A stretch of DNA of 64,000 bases from Candidatus Omnitrophota bacterium. Its GTDB lineage: Bacteria > Omnitrophota > Gorgyraeia > B26-G9. A program made the position numbers and the translations under genes. Every line of letters begins with the position of its first letter. Positions within the stretch are counted from its first letter, which is position 1. Under the pieces are notes generated by a model, which was not told where the DNA came from, ran no database searches, and worked only from the letters and a program-made list of their open reading frames with translations. The DNA is taken from the NCBI GenBank assembly GCA_016213925.1, contig JACQZH010000041.1, positions 73,352-137,351 of the forward strand. Reading direction: 5' to 3'. Positions 39,008-49,059 of this stretch are shown one piece after another.

Positions 39008-39846
39008 TTTTGAAGTTTAATTTTAGATATACATGGGAAATAGATTTTTTGCTTATGAATAATATATTAACAATTGATTTAGAGGATTGGTATCAGACCC
39101 AGGCTTTGCGGTCAAGAATAAAAGTAACAGACTGGGATAAGAAAGATGATAGATTACCATTGCTTACCTTAGAGATTTTGCGTGTTTTAAGAAGCGCTCA
39201 GGTAAAAGCAACTTTTTTTGTCGTTGCATATAATGCTAAACGTAATCTCTCGTTGCTTAAAATGATTTTAAAAGATGGCCATGAATTAGGGTTGCACGGA
39301 TATTACCATACGTTAGTTTACAAACAGACACCGGAAGAATTTAGAAAGGAAATGAAATATTCAAAGGAATTAATTGAGGATGCTTGCCAAACAAGAGTGA
39401 TCGGATTTAGGGCGCCTAATTGGTCTATAAATAGGAATAATTTATGGGCATTGGAAATCTTGTCTGAACTTGGATTTTTATATGATTCTAGTTTGATGGT
39501 AAAGTTGCTGACTAAGCATATAAGAAATATACCAATTGATATGCTGGAGATCCCTAGGTCGACATTTAGCTTGTTAAATTTTGAAATTCCTTTTGGTGGA
39601 GGAGTTTTTTTTAGGGCATATCCTTATTTTATAACAAAGCGCTTTATATCTGATGCGAATAGAAATGGCAAGAAGGTTATGGTATATATTCATCCATGGG
39701 AATTTGATTTAGATCAACATTCGGATTATTCTTTTGGTATTAGAAAAGTGATAAATAATTTTAATCGTTCTAAAATGGATTTAAGGTTTAAGTCTTTGTT
39801 GGCAGATTTTAAATTTAGCTCAGTTAGAGATATTTTTTTTGATTAG
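39004..39846 (+). CDS. polysaccharide deacetylase (CE4; resembles the PEP-CTERM-locus subfamily)
   Basis: ILTIDLEDWYQ N-terminal motif and HGYYH metal-binding block. The true start may be the internal ATG near 39058. Confidence 0.6.
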   Translation: MILKFNFRYTWEIDFLLMNNILTIDLEDWYQTQALRSRIKVTDWDKKDDRLPLLTLEILRVLRSAQVKATFFVVAYNAKRNLSLLKMILKDGHELGLHGYYHTLVYKQTPEEFRKEMKYSKELIEDACQTRVIGFRAPNWSINRNNLWALEILSELGFLYDSSLMVKLLTKHIRNIPIDMLEIPRSTFSLLNFEIPFGGGVFFRAYPYFITKRFISDANRNGKKVMVYIHPWEFDLDQHSDYSFGIRKVINNFNRSKMDLRFKSLLADFKFSSVRDIFFD

Positions 39847-39861
39847 GAAGGTAAGACTAAA

Positions 39862-40563
39862 ATGAAAGCTGACATAGCAATAATAATACCGGTTTTTAAC
39901 GAGGTAGAAACAATAAGGGAAGTTGTTTTAGATATAATAAAGAATTATAAAGGCGTAGAAATAATTGTTGTTAATGATGGGTCTACTGATGGTTCTCTCG
40001 ATAGAATTAAAGATATTGATGTTAAAGTGCTGAACAGTAAAAAAAATAGAGGGTATGGTGCAGCCTTAAAAACAGGGATCAGTTATACAGATAAAGAGCT
40101 TATTGTAACTATTGATGCTGACGGAGAACATTCAGTTAAGCATATAGAACGGCTAATATCCGAAGCTGATTGCTGCGATATGGTAGTTGGGGCTAGGGCT
40201 GCTGAATCAGTATCCACTTTTCCTTTATTGCAGAAAATAGCTAAAGGAATAGTGTATGCTTTATTTTTGTCGATTTTGAAGGTGAAAATTTTAGATGTTA
40301 ATTCTGGGTTAAGGTTAATTAAAAAAACTATTATAGAAAAATATTTCGATTTACTTCCTGATGGGTTTTCATTTACTTCAACTCTTACTTTAACTATGGT
40401 TTTAGAAAAAAAGAAAGTGAAGTATGTCCCGGTAACTGATTTTAAAAGAAGACGCGGTTCAAAGGTGCATATATTTTCTTACACAATGAATTTCATTAAG
40501 TCTTATTGCAAGGTTTTGTTTTACTTTAAACTAAAAAAAGGAGTTTTTAGCAAAATAGCTTAA
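39862..40563 (+). CDS. GT2 Dpm1-like polyprenyl-phosphate sugar synthase
   Basis: IIIPVFNEVETI, VNDGSTDGS, TIDADGEH; short, soluble Dpm1-like length. Confidence 0.65.
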   Translation: MKADIAIIIPVFNEVETIREVVLDIIKNYKGVEIIVVNDGSTDGSLDRIKDIDVKVLNSKKNRGYGAALKTGISYTDKELIVTIDADGEHSVKHIERLISEADCCDMVVGARAAESVSTFPLLQKIAKGIVYALFLSILKVKILDVNSGLRLIKKTIIEKYFDLLPDGFSFTSTLTLTMVLEKKKVKYVPVTDFKRRRGSKVHIFSYTMNFIKSYCKVLFYFKLKKGVFSKIA

Positions 40564-40588
40564 TTTATTTAAGAAAAGGGAAGATTAA

Positions 40589-41488
40589 ATGAGTTTTTTA
40601 TTGTTCGGGTTAAAAAGAAAAAAAATTCGTTCTTTAGCTAAAAAGTTAATACGTTCCAGTATAGGGACAATAGATGGCAAAGCAGGCAATTATAAGGTAA
40701 TAGAGCTATTGCATAGAGGTTTAATTTTGTCTAACGCATATAAAAAAGATGACCTATTCTCTAGCATACAAATACAAACAAAAACCGGATGTAATTATAG
40801 CTGTAGATTTTGTCCGGCTAATAAAGATTTAGTAAACTTATATGGTGGGGAGTCTAATTATGCAAAGATGTCGATTGAGCTTTTTGAGGATATTATTTGC
40901 CAGTTATCTAAAATGAAATTTTCGGGGAGGATTTCTCCGTATCTTATGAACGAGCCTTTACTTGATGGGCGACTTCCAAGATTTGTCGCAATTACAAAAA
41001 ATAAGTGCCCGAATGCATTTATATTTATCCAGACAAATGGAAAATTACTTAATAAAAAGATGTTAGTGGAATTAGTTGATGCGGGCATTGATGAGATATA
41101 TGTAAACGATTATACGGAAAATGGTATTATTTTAAAACTTCTTATAAATATGGATATCCCAAGAAGGTATAGAGAAAGACTTACCCTGGAAAAAAGGTCA
41201 TTAGATGAGAAATTGACAAATCGAGCGGGTAATATTTTTGTTAGTAATAAAATATATAATGTTCCTTGTCTTAAACCTTTTAAACAAATGTTTATAACCT
41301 TCAATGGGATTGCAGTGCTTTGTTGTCAGGATTGGCAATTTTTACAACAAATGGGAGATGTTAAGAAAGGCTCTTTAATGAGTATTTGGAACAATCATGC
41401 CTATAAGATGATTAGAAATAATTTGGGAAAATCACAAAGGGCTTTTAATGTTCTTTGTAGCAGATGCGATAGCAGTGGATTGTGGTAA
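40589..41488 (+). CDS. radical SAM protein with C-terminal Cys-rich (SPASM/twitch-like) region
   Basis: TGCNYSCRFC; C-terminus AVLCCQDW...LCSRCDSSG. Confidence 0.6.
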   Translation: MSFLLFGLKRKKIRSLAKKLIRSSIGTIDGKAGNYKVIELLHRGLILSNAYKKDDLFSSIQIQTKTGCNYSCRFCPANKDLVNLYGGESNYAKMSIELFEDIICQLSKMKFSGRISPYLMNEPLLDGRLPRFVAITKNKCPNAFIFIQTNGKLLNKKMLVELVDAGIDEIYVNDYTENGIILKLLINMDIPRRYRERLTLEKRSLDEKLTNRAGNIFVSNKIYNVPCLKPFKQMFITFNGIAVLCCQDWQFLQQMGDVKKGSLMSIWNNHAYKMIRNNLGKSQRAFNVLCSRCDSSGLW

Positions 41489-41623
41489 AGAGCAGGTTTA
41501 TTCCGCAGTCATGTTTAATTTGGTGTCCTTTAATTTTTGTGGTAAAATAAGCAATAGGTTGAGTTAATGCTGCTATCGTGAGCAGAAATAGCATAAAGAA
41601 AATATCTTAATTTAATTATTTTA

Positions 41624-44098
41624 ATGGATAAAAATTACTTAGAAATTGATGATAGCCATTCCAACCTCAATGGCTTACCAGAGATAGCAATTATCGGACT
41701 TGGCAGGTGGGGTGGAGGGCCATTGTTAAACACATTAAAACAATTTCCTGTCACCATACATGCCGTAGCAAAGTCTAATTATAAAAACTGGAAGGAGAAA
41801 AAAGATACAAAAGAACTTCCTGAAAATATTTTGGTTTATAGCTCTGAAAAATACGACGAAGAAATTTTGAAAAACAAGAATATTAGGGCAGTAGTTATCT
41901 CCACTCAATTTAGTACTCATTTTGAATTATCTAAGCAGGCACTTTTATCAGGGAAAGATGTTTTTGTAGAAAAACCATTCACAAGGACATTTCGACAAGC
42001 GAAAGAATTGCTGGAGATTGCGGAAAAGAACGGTTGTATATTAACAATAGGTTATGAGTATAGGTATTCTTCTAATATAAGATGGCTTGGAGAGGTGATT
42101 AGACGGGATGAGTTGGGTAAAATTACCGAGATTGAACTCAACATGTTAAATCCGCTTGACAACAGGAAGTTGGATATGAGTTCTAATGTTTGCGAAGATT
42201 TAGCTTCGCATATGTTAAGCTTGCTACATTCACTGTTCGGGGAGCGAGATATATCTGAACTTAGAGTGGATACAGATATCCCCTGTGATATGGCAAAAAT
42301 TTCTTTTAAATATTGTAAGGGATATAACCAGGATATAAAAGTATGTATTAATGTAGATCGTAACTATAAGGGGAATAATAGAAATAGGACGATTATTTTA
42401 AAGACAACTAAGTTAGTTTTAATCTTGGACTATCAAAAAAGCGAGGTTGAAGTTCTCGATATAAATGGGAGTATTATAAGTGATCTAGCTAACGGTCTTT
42501 CCAGAGAATTATTGCAGGAAGTTGAAGATAAAAGTAACTTGGAATTAGAATTTGAAGATTTTTTACAAGCTGTAAAATCACGTCAAGCTGGTATAAATTC
42601 TGCTCAATCGCTTTTGTGTATATCTGAAACTATAGAGTGGATAAATGAATTAATGGTGTCTTGTCAGAATGGGTGGCAAGACAAAGAATTAAAGTGGATA
42701 TTAAGACATCGTCCGAATATAGTAGAAGAAGTATATCATAAACTTTTATATGAACCATGGTTATCTTTTTCCGTTATAGCTAGCCAACTTAACCTGAGTC
42801 TTAGTTCATTGCAAAAAATTTTGGAAAAGATATTAGAGGATCCTTTGTGGTGTGAAAAGGGAAAAGAAGAAATCAGGAACGGGAGATTCGCTACAGCGTC
42901 TTATTTTAGTAATACTGAAAGATTTGCCGATGTTGAAAGAATTTATAAGGTTATTAGAGGGGAAAAATATCTTTATCCCAAAAAGGTTGAATTCCATGTA
43001 GGTGTAGAATGTCCTGCTAATTGCGTTTTTTGCTATAGGAATATTAATGGGCAGAGACAGGCATATGAATTGGAGATTAAAGATGGTTTTAGTAAATTAA
43101 CTCCGGATGATTATGTGAGGTTACTCAAAGAGCTCGCTGATAATGGCACTTCGGAGATCTATGTTTCCGGAGGTTTGGAGCCATTGACTGATTTTGATAG
43201 CACAGGTACGATTATTAATTATGCGATTTCAAGAGGTTTGTTTGTTTTTTTATATTCAAATGCGATTCCTGATACATGGGATAAAGCTGTTCCGTTGATT
43301 TTAAAAACTAGCCAGGCTAGAATCAGTTTAGGCGCGGCAAACCATGAAACATATCACAAAGTTTATCGTGTTAGTAATGATCCTGCTCGGTCGAAAATGA
43401 TATTTTACAAAGTATTAGGCAGAGTGAAAAATTTAGTTAAGGAAAAGAGAAAACTTGGTTCTAAAACCCAAATAGGGATTCAAATCCTGCTTACTTTAAC
43501 TAATTTTCAAGAAATAATTCAGTTAGCAAAACTTTCAGATAGTATCGGAGTTGATTTTTTAGATATCCGTTCAGATTATATGGGTATTGTTCGTTTCAGC
43601 CATGAAGAGAAGGCAGAGCTTGCAAGACTTCTTTATTTAACAAAAGAAAAACAGGAAAAGGGAGAGTTTGGTAGTCTTAGGATATCCGTTCCGGATAATT
43701 TTAAACTAATCGGGGATAACGGTATTATAGGAACTTCAATATATGTTTTTCCTGAGGAGAATTATTCTAAACGCGGAATTTTCTTTTTTGAATTAACGAT
43801 AGATCCTTTTGGGATTGTATTCGGTACAACTACTTCAGCAAACCCAGGTATACGCAGAGATTGGGGGAAAAAACAAATTTTGGGAAAACTTGGACCGGGG
43901 GTGAATATTAGAAATATATTGGAGACGGCTATGGAAAGAGAATTTAAATTAGCTGCAAATACAACCAATGTATTTACTAAACAGATATTGCTTGAAATAA
44001 AACGAGTTGAGGACAATATTGCTTTAGCTATTCCGTTAGATTTAATTAAAAATCCGTTTGCTTCAAGTAAAACTGTAAGCAGGCTCATTAAACGTTAA
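41624..44098 (+). CDS. Gfo/Idh/MocA-family oxidoreductase fused to a radical SAM domain
   Basis: N-terminus IAIIGLGRWGGGPLL...GKDVFVEKPFT (Rossmann NAD(P) plus EKP motif). C-terminal half ECPANCVFC (CxxxCxxC) and YVSGGLEPL. No further Cys cluster. Confidence 0.65.
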   Translation: MDKNYLEIDDSHSNLNGLPEIAIIGLGRWGGGPLLNTLKQFPVTIHAVAKSNYKNWKEKKDTKELPENILVYSSEKYDEEILKNKNIRAVVISTQFSTHFELSKQALLSGKDVFVEKPFTRTFRQAKELLEIAEKNGCILTIGYEYRYSSNIRWLGEVIRRDELGKITEIELNMLNPLDNRKLDMSSNVCEDLASHMLSLLHSLFGERDISELRVDTDIPCDMAKISFKYCKGYNQDIKVCINVDRNYKGNNRNRTIILKTTKLVLILDYQKSEVEVLDINGSIISDLANGLSRELLQEVEDKSNLELEFEDFLQAVKSRQAGINSAQSLLCISETIEWINELMVSCQNGWQDKELKWILRHRPNIVEEVYHKLLYEPWLSFSVIASQLNLSLSSLQKILEKILEDPLWCEKGKEEIRNGRFATASYFSNTERFADVERIYKVIRGEKYLYPKKVEFHVGVECPANCVFCYRNINGQRQAYELEIKDGFSKLTPDDYVRLLKELADNGTSEIYVSGGLEPLTDFDSTGTIINYAISRGLFVFLYSNAIPDTWDKAVPLILKTSQARISLGAANHETYHKVYRVSNDPARSKMIFYKVLGRVKNLVKEKRKLGSKTQIGIQILLTLTNFQEIIQLAKLSDSIGVDFLDIRSDYMGIVRFSHEEKAELARLLYLTKEKQEKGEFGSLRISVPDNFKLIGDNGIIGTSIYVFPEENYSKRGIFFFELTIDPFGIVFGTTTSANPGIRRDWGKKQILGKLGPGVNIRNILETAMEREFKLAANTTNVFTKQILLEIKRVEDNIALAIPLDLIKNPFASSKTVSRLIKR

Positions 44099-44191
44099 GA
44101 TTTATGAGTTTCACAGAGTTCTGAAAAGATATGCGATTAACGTGACATCTTATGCAATAAAGTTCGCTTTGTAGCATTCGCCCTATTTCAA

Positions 44192-44220
44192 TTGACAAAG
44201 TTAAGTTAATTTGATAGTAT
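44192..44220 (+). promoter_or_regulatory. sigma70-like promoter (TTGACA - 17 nt - TAGTAT) for 44270..44974
   Basis: TTGACA at 44192-44197 and TAGTAT at 44215-44220 with a 17-nt spacer, in the 171-bp gap after 44098. AAGGAGG at 44257-44263, then ATG 44270. Confidence 0.4.
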
Positions 44221-44269
44221 TCAAAAAAAGAAACATTATAGTAGCTTGCTATAAAAAAGGAGGATATAG

Positions 44270-44974
44270 ATGCAAAAAATGAAAGCTTTGTTAGTTTTTC
44301 CAGGGATATTATTTTTAGGATTGATTCTAAATGTACAATTGCCGGTTCTTTCTTTTGCCGAGGATTTAAATTACGATATGTATGAGTATAGACCGTTGAC
44401 TGTTGGTACTAGTTGGAATTATACTGCGAAAGGATTGATGTCTTTTGATGAAGTATTTGCTGAAAAGGTGGTGCGGGAAGAAGATTATAGTGGAGTGAAA
44501 GTTGTATTAGTTAGACATGGTTCAGGGTGGATTGATTATTTAGAAAAGACTGACGAGGGAATAAAAAGGTATAAACATGTTGGTCCAGATAGTGAGAGTT
44601 ATGGAGTTTATTATCCGCCGGCCATACAATATCCCAGATATATAAAAATTAATGATATCTATAGTAGAGAGAATATATTAAAGGATTTTTCGATTAAAGA
44701 TGATTCTTTAATTGGTGAAGTTAAGGAAGTTTTTACTTTTCAGCTTTTAGGAATAGAAGATGTTACAACCCCTGCAGGAAATTATAAAGATTGTTTAAAA
44801 ACACTATCTAAATGGAAGATTTATAATCAAAATGGAGAGCAAGTTAGAGATAAGGTATTGCTTACTTGGAGTGCAAAGGGTATCGGAAATGTAAAGGCAA
44901 TTTATTCTAAACACAGAAATGGCGAACTTGTTGACTTCTCCGAGGGGTATTTAACCAATTTTGATATTAAGTAA
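44270..44974 (+). CDS. secreted hypothetical protein with its own strong promoter and RBS
   Basis: Signal peptide LLVFPGILFLGLILNVQLPVLSFA; beta-rich composition; paralogous block shared with 34650..35519. Confidence 0.5.
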   Translation: MQKMKALLVFPGILFLGLILNVQLPVLSFAEDLNYDMYEYRPLTVGTSWNYTAKGLMSFDEVFAEKVVREEDYSGVKVVLVRHGSGWIDYLEKTDEGIKRYKHVGPDSESYGVYYPPAIQYPRYIKINDIYSRENILKDFSIKDDSLIGEVKEVFTFQLLGIEDVTTPAGNYKDCLKTLSKWKIYNQNGEQVRDKVLLTWSAKGIGNVKAIYSKHRNGELVDFSEGYLTNFDIK

Positions 44975-45063
44975 AATGAATGTAGATTTATAATTTTGCT
45001 GTAATATATAAATGCTTCGGCAATAAATAAAAAAATATAGTATTTCAGTTTTAGAAGGGTAAT

Positions 45064-46023
45064 GTGTGGAATTTCTATAAAAACCAGCATGGAAATTTCA
45101 AGCTTCGGATGATGGTTGTAGTGTATATAATTTTTCTTTTATTTTTAGAGTTAGGGTTGCGTCGCAGTGTTCCTTATAAAAATAGCCTTCCGGATATTAT
45201 TCAAGCTAGTGATGTTTCTGGGATGGAGTATGAATTGAAGCCTAACACAACCAGCATATTTGAAGGATGTGGTTTCCGTCTCAAACCGACACAAGTAGTG
45301 ATTAATTCCTATGGTATCCGTAATGATGAATTTAACCTGCGTAAACAAGCTAATAAATTTCGTATTTTAGCTGTTGGAGATTCGGTAGTATTTGGCTGGG
45401 GAGTTGAGAAAAAAGAAAGTTTTGTATATCTCCTGGAACAAATGTTAAATAATCGTTCTTCCTTGCATCGTTTTGAAGTGCTTAATTTTGGGGTTCCGGG
45501 TTATAATTTAACACAAGAAGTTGAATTAGTCGGTGCTAAGGGTATCATCTTGGAACCGGATTTAATAATTTTTTATATTACTGATAATGACTTGCGGGAA
45601 GCGATTGATTATAATAATATAAATCCAATACATCGATATTTACCAACTATAATAAAATCAACAGCGATTTACAATTTTTTATATACAAGATTAATTAGGA
45701 TAGTAGAGTTGTTTGCAAGAGATAAAAGCCATTCCGAAGGGGTGTTTAGTCAGGCAAAAGAGAAATTGCTTAGTTTGCCACAAAGTATCCGTGATAGGAT
45801 TATTTTTTTTGCTGAAAATGAAGGAATATTATCAGGCATGATAAGAGAAAACGGTTTTTTTATAACTGTGGCAGAAATAAACTTGTATAAAAATGATTTA
45901 GTTTTTAAGAATGATTGGCATCCGAATCAGGATGGCCATAGAGCTATTACATGTGAATTGTATGATACTGTAATGCATTTTTTTGAAGAAAATAAATTAG
46001 AAAATGCATATAATTTTTATTGA
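45064..46023 (+). CDS. membrane-anchored SGNH/GDSL family hydrolase
   Basis: ILAVGDSVVFGWG, NFGVPGYN, DWHPNQDGH; N-terminal TM. GTG start per ORF track; start uncertain. Confidence 0.6.
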   Translation: MWNFYKNQHGNFKLRMMVVVYIIFLLFLELGLRRSVPYKNSLPDIIQASDVSGMEYELKPNTTSIFEGCGFRLKPTQVVINSYGIRNDEFNLRKQANKFRILAVGDSVVFGWGVEKKESFVYLLEQMLNNRSSLHRFEVLNFGVPGYNLTQEVELVGAKGIILEPDLIIFYITDNDLREAIDYNNINPIHRYLPTIIKSTAIYNFLYTRLIRIVELFARDKSHSEGVFSQAKEKLLSLPQSIRDRIIFFAENEGILSGMIRENGFFITVAEINLYKNDLVFKNDWHPNQDGHRAITCELYDTVMHFFEENKLENAYNFY

Positions 46024-47446
46024 AGACTTATTTAGTGAAGATCAGCTTCGCGGTGAACCGCTGAATATACTTCAGCTTTCAGCAATTTTAAAACAGGCCG
46101 GACATGTAGTAAGTCTTTTTGACTTACGTGAAGCTGCGCGTATAAGAGATGCAATAAAAAAAAGCGATAGAGTTATTCTCGCTTATTCATTGCGCACGGG
46201 ATTTCATGTTAGCAAAATTAGTTTTAATGCACGGATAAAGAAAGAATTTCCCTTTGTATTTTCTGTTGTGGGAGGTCACCATGCGACTTTTTCTCCGGAA
46301 TGCATTAATGAAGAGGGAATTGATGCCGTTTGTCTTGGTGAAGCAGACGAAGCCCTGTTGGAGTTATGTGATAAATATGAGACGCGACAGGATGTATTCA
46401 ACACACAGAATTTTTGGCTAAAAAAAAATGAACAAATAATTAAAAACAAGTTGAGGCCGCCAGTAGAAAATTTAGACATACTGCCGCTTTTTGATAGAGA
46501 ACTATTATATCAATATGGAATAAAGAAAGACCAGCCAATAAAAACCCATATTACTTCCCGGGGGTGCCCATTTAGCTGTACATACTGTTATGCGCCAGCT
46601 TGGAAAGCATTATATCCTGGTAATTTTAATTTCTTTCGTCAACAATCGCCACAGCGGGTTATTCAAGAGATCGAACATATTAAAAAACAAGCAGTCTTAA
46701 AATTTTTGATTTTTGAGGATGATATATTTACATACTCAAAAAAATGGTTGCGTGTATTTGGCGAACTATATAAAAAGCATGTAAAAATCCCATATTGGGT
46801 ATATACGCATGTTAAAGTAATTGATGCTGAAGTAGCAGATATATTGGCAGAAAGTAATTGCCGAATCGTAGGGATGGGGATAGAATCCGCATCTTTTCAT
46901 ATCAGGTCAAAAATTTTAAATCGGGATATGAGTAATGATGAGATTATCCAAGCATGTAATTTGCTAAAAAAGAAAAAAATAAAGATTTGTCTCGGCAATA
47001 TCATGGGTATCCCAGGAACACAATTATCCGATGATATCAATACATTACGTTTTAATATAATAATTAATCCTGATTTGCCAGTGGCCTCAATTCTTTATCC
47101 GTTCCCGGGGATGGATATCTTAAAATTAGTTAAGAAAAATGGGATTGGTTTAACAGATTTTAATCAGTATTCTTCCATGAGATATCCGAAAATGATTTTA
47201 AAATGCAAACAACATAAGAAAATTGAACGGCTTGTTAGCCTTTTTTATATTATTGTTAAAGTTCCTTTGCTGATGCCGTTTGTAGAACTGTTGTTGTTAG
47301 TTCCGAATAAATTTATTGGATATTTTATATCTAAAATACTAAAAGCTATAACGTTACAGAGGGTATTCAATTTTAAGTTTTCTGTAAAAGATTATTTTTG
47401 TTTTATTAGGCTGTTTATTCTTTTTCTAAAGAGGAAGGAAGTATGA
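46004..47446 (+). CDS. B12-binding radical SAM protein
   Basis: N-terminal B12-binding-like region (VVGGHHATFSPE...AVCLGEADEALLEL); radical SAM SRGCPFSCTYC. Confidence 0.65.
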   Translation: MHIIFIEDLFSEDQLRGEPLNILQLSAILKQAGHVVSLFDLREAARIRDAIKKSDRVILAYSLRTGFHVSKISFNARIKKEFPFVFSVVGGHHATFSPECINEEGIDAVCLGEADEALLELCDKYETRQDVFNTQNFWLKKNEQIIKNKLRPPVENLDILPLFDRELLYQYGIKKDQPIKTHITSRGCPFSCTYCYAPAWKALYPGNFNFFRQQSPQRVIQEIEHIKKQAVLKFLIFEDDIFTYSKKWLRVFGELYKKHVKIPYWVYTHVKVIDAEVADILAESNCRIVGMGIESASFHIRSKILNRDMSNDEIIQACNLLKKKKIKICLGNIMGIPGTQLSDDINTLRFNIIINPDLPVASILYPFPGMDILKLVKKNGIGLTDFNQYSSMRYPKMILKCKQHKKIERLVSLFYIIVKVPLLMPFVELLLLVPNKFIGYFISKILKAITLQRVFNFKFSVKDYFCFIRLFILFLKRKEV

Positions 47447-49059
47447 CGCTAAAAATAAAAAATAAAATACAGCTTAAAAAGCCTTTGCCTGTAATTCTGT
47501 GGGTGCTAGCAATTAATTTTTTCGTACATAGATTTGAATTGTTAAATCAGTATTGCGTATATCCAGATGTCTGGCCTCACTTTATAATTTACGGATTAAA
47601 AGATAAAACATTATTCGCACAAGATGTTATTATGCAAAGTATCAGAGCTAATATTAATATAAGCGAAGCAATATTTCCTGTGAATAAACTTTTTCTCCCA
47701 GGGGCTCTTTTCTTTAGTTCTTATTTCAATTTAAATGCGATTTTAACTTTGCATTCAATTATATATTCATTGGTATTTGCTGTTTTTATCTATTACATTG
47801 GCTGTATATGGTTTCAAAATGGAAAAGCTCAGTTGTTTTCTCTATCAATAATGTTGTATTCTCTAACGATGGATACCTTTTTTGGCGGAGGGATTCGGGG
47901 AATAGGCATGCTTATTAGCGCGGGTATTTTACTGGCAATGCTAAAAGAGCAGTGGATAATGGTATGTATCTTGATGCCGGCCACGTATTTTTTTTATTTG
48001 CCGTTACTGCCTTTCATTTGCTGCTGTGCTTTTATTAATATTTTTGTTGAAATAAAAGCCGGGAAACCTTTTTATAAAGAAAAAATGAGCACTTTTTTTT
48101 TAATTGCAGGAATAATGGGGATAATACTTGCGAATAATAACCGAGTATTATTTACAAACTTACCGGAGGTATTTGTTTGGAAATCAAAAATTGGGCAAGC
48201 AGATCACAACCCGATTTTTTTATTTATAATGAATTATTTGCTTAATGCTCATGAGCATAGTAGGTTGTATGGGCCGATCACTTTATTTATCATAGCAGGT
48301 GTGGTAGGGTTATTTATCGCAAAAAAATTATGTTATAAGGACATATTGTTTGCTGAAAAGCAGTTTTTTTATGCGATGGTACTTTCTTTTTTATTTTGCA
48401 ATTTTATCGATGTTGGCGCGGCGTCGCGCCAGCTTATTTTTACGGTACCGGTAATTATTTCTGTTATTTTTTGCCGGTATTTGCTAACCAAACAGGTTGG
48501 TGCGTTTATCCTTCAGTATTTTTGCGTCTTTTTTTTGGTGATCAATCTTGTGCGTCCTGATATAACAAACGATTTGGTTAATGAAAAATCGAATAAGCTA
48601 TTATACGAACGTATATCCGGTTTGGATAGAAATGTATTAATATTATCTCATCCTCAGTACGCTTTACCGATTAGTTTTTTTACAAAACGCACTGTTTTCA
48701 ATAATTGGCGTCTTTTGAGATCAGGATGCATACGACCTTTTATTGAAAAACGTTTCTTTGAAGAGACTAAAAGAAGGATGGAACTCTCATTGCAGACGTT
48801 ATATGCAAATTCCGAAGACGCGATTAAGCAGTCTATACGAGAAAACGGCATAACTCATATAATGGTAGATACCTACTATTATTCTAATAATTACTTGGGA
48901 TTAGAAGCAGGCGGGGATGACCGCTTTAAAAAACATATAAATAATATACTAAAGCAGAAGAATCCGCAACATGTGTTTATGTTAGAGAAAATGGCCGTTA
49001 CACACGGGCAGGAGGTGTTGCCTGGTAAATATCTTATTGAAGCCAAGAGTTTATATTGA
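47443..49059 (+). CDS. polytopic membrane protein (unknown family)
   Basis: More than 10 TM helices; ATGA overlap upstream. Confidence 0.4.
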   Translation: MTLKIKNKIQLKKPLPVILWVLAINFFVHRFELLNQYCVYPDVWPHFIIYGLKDKTLFAQDVIMQSIRANINISEAIFPVNKLFLPGALFFSSYFNLNAILTLHSIIYSLVFAVFIYYIGCIWFQNGKAQLFSLSIMLYSLTMDTFFGGGIRGIGMLISAGILLAMLKEQWIMVCILMPATYFFYLPLLPFICCCAFINIFVEIKAGKPFYKEKMSTFFLIAGIMGIILANNNRVLFTNLPEVFVWKSKIGQADHNPIFLFIMNYLLNAHEHSRLYGPITLFIIAGVVGLFIAKKLCYKDILFAEKQFFYAMVLSFLFCNFIDVGAASRQLIFTVPVIISVIFCRYLLTKQVGAFILQYFCVFFLVINLVRPDITNDLVNEKSNKLLYERISGLDRNVLILSHPQYALPISFFTKRTVFNNWRLLRSGCIRPFIEKRFFEETKRRMELSLQTLYANSEDAIKQSIRENGITHIMVDTYYYSNNYLGLEAGGDDRFKKHINNILKQKNPQHVFMLEKMAVTHGQEVLPGKYLIEAKSLY

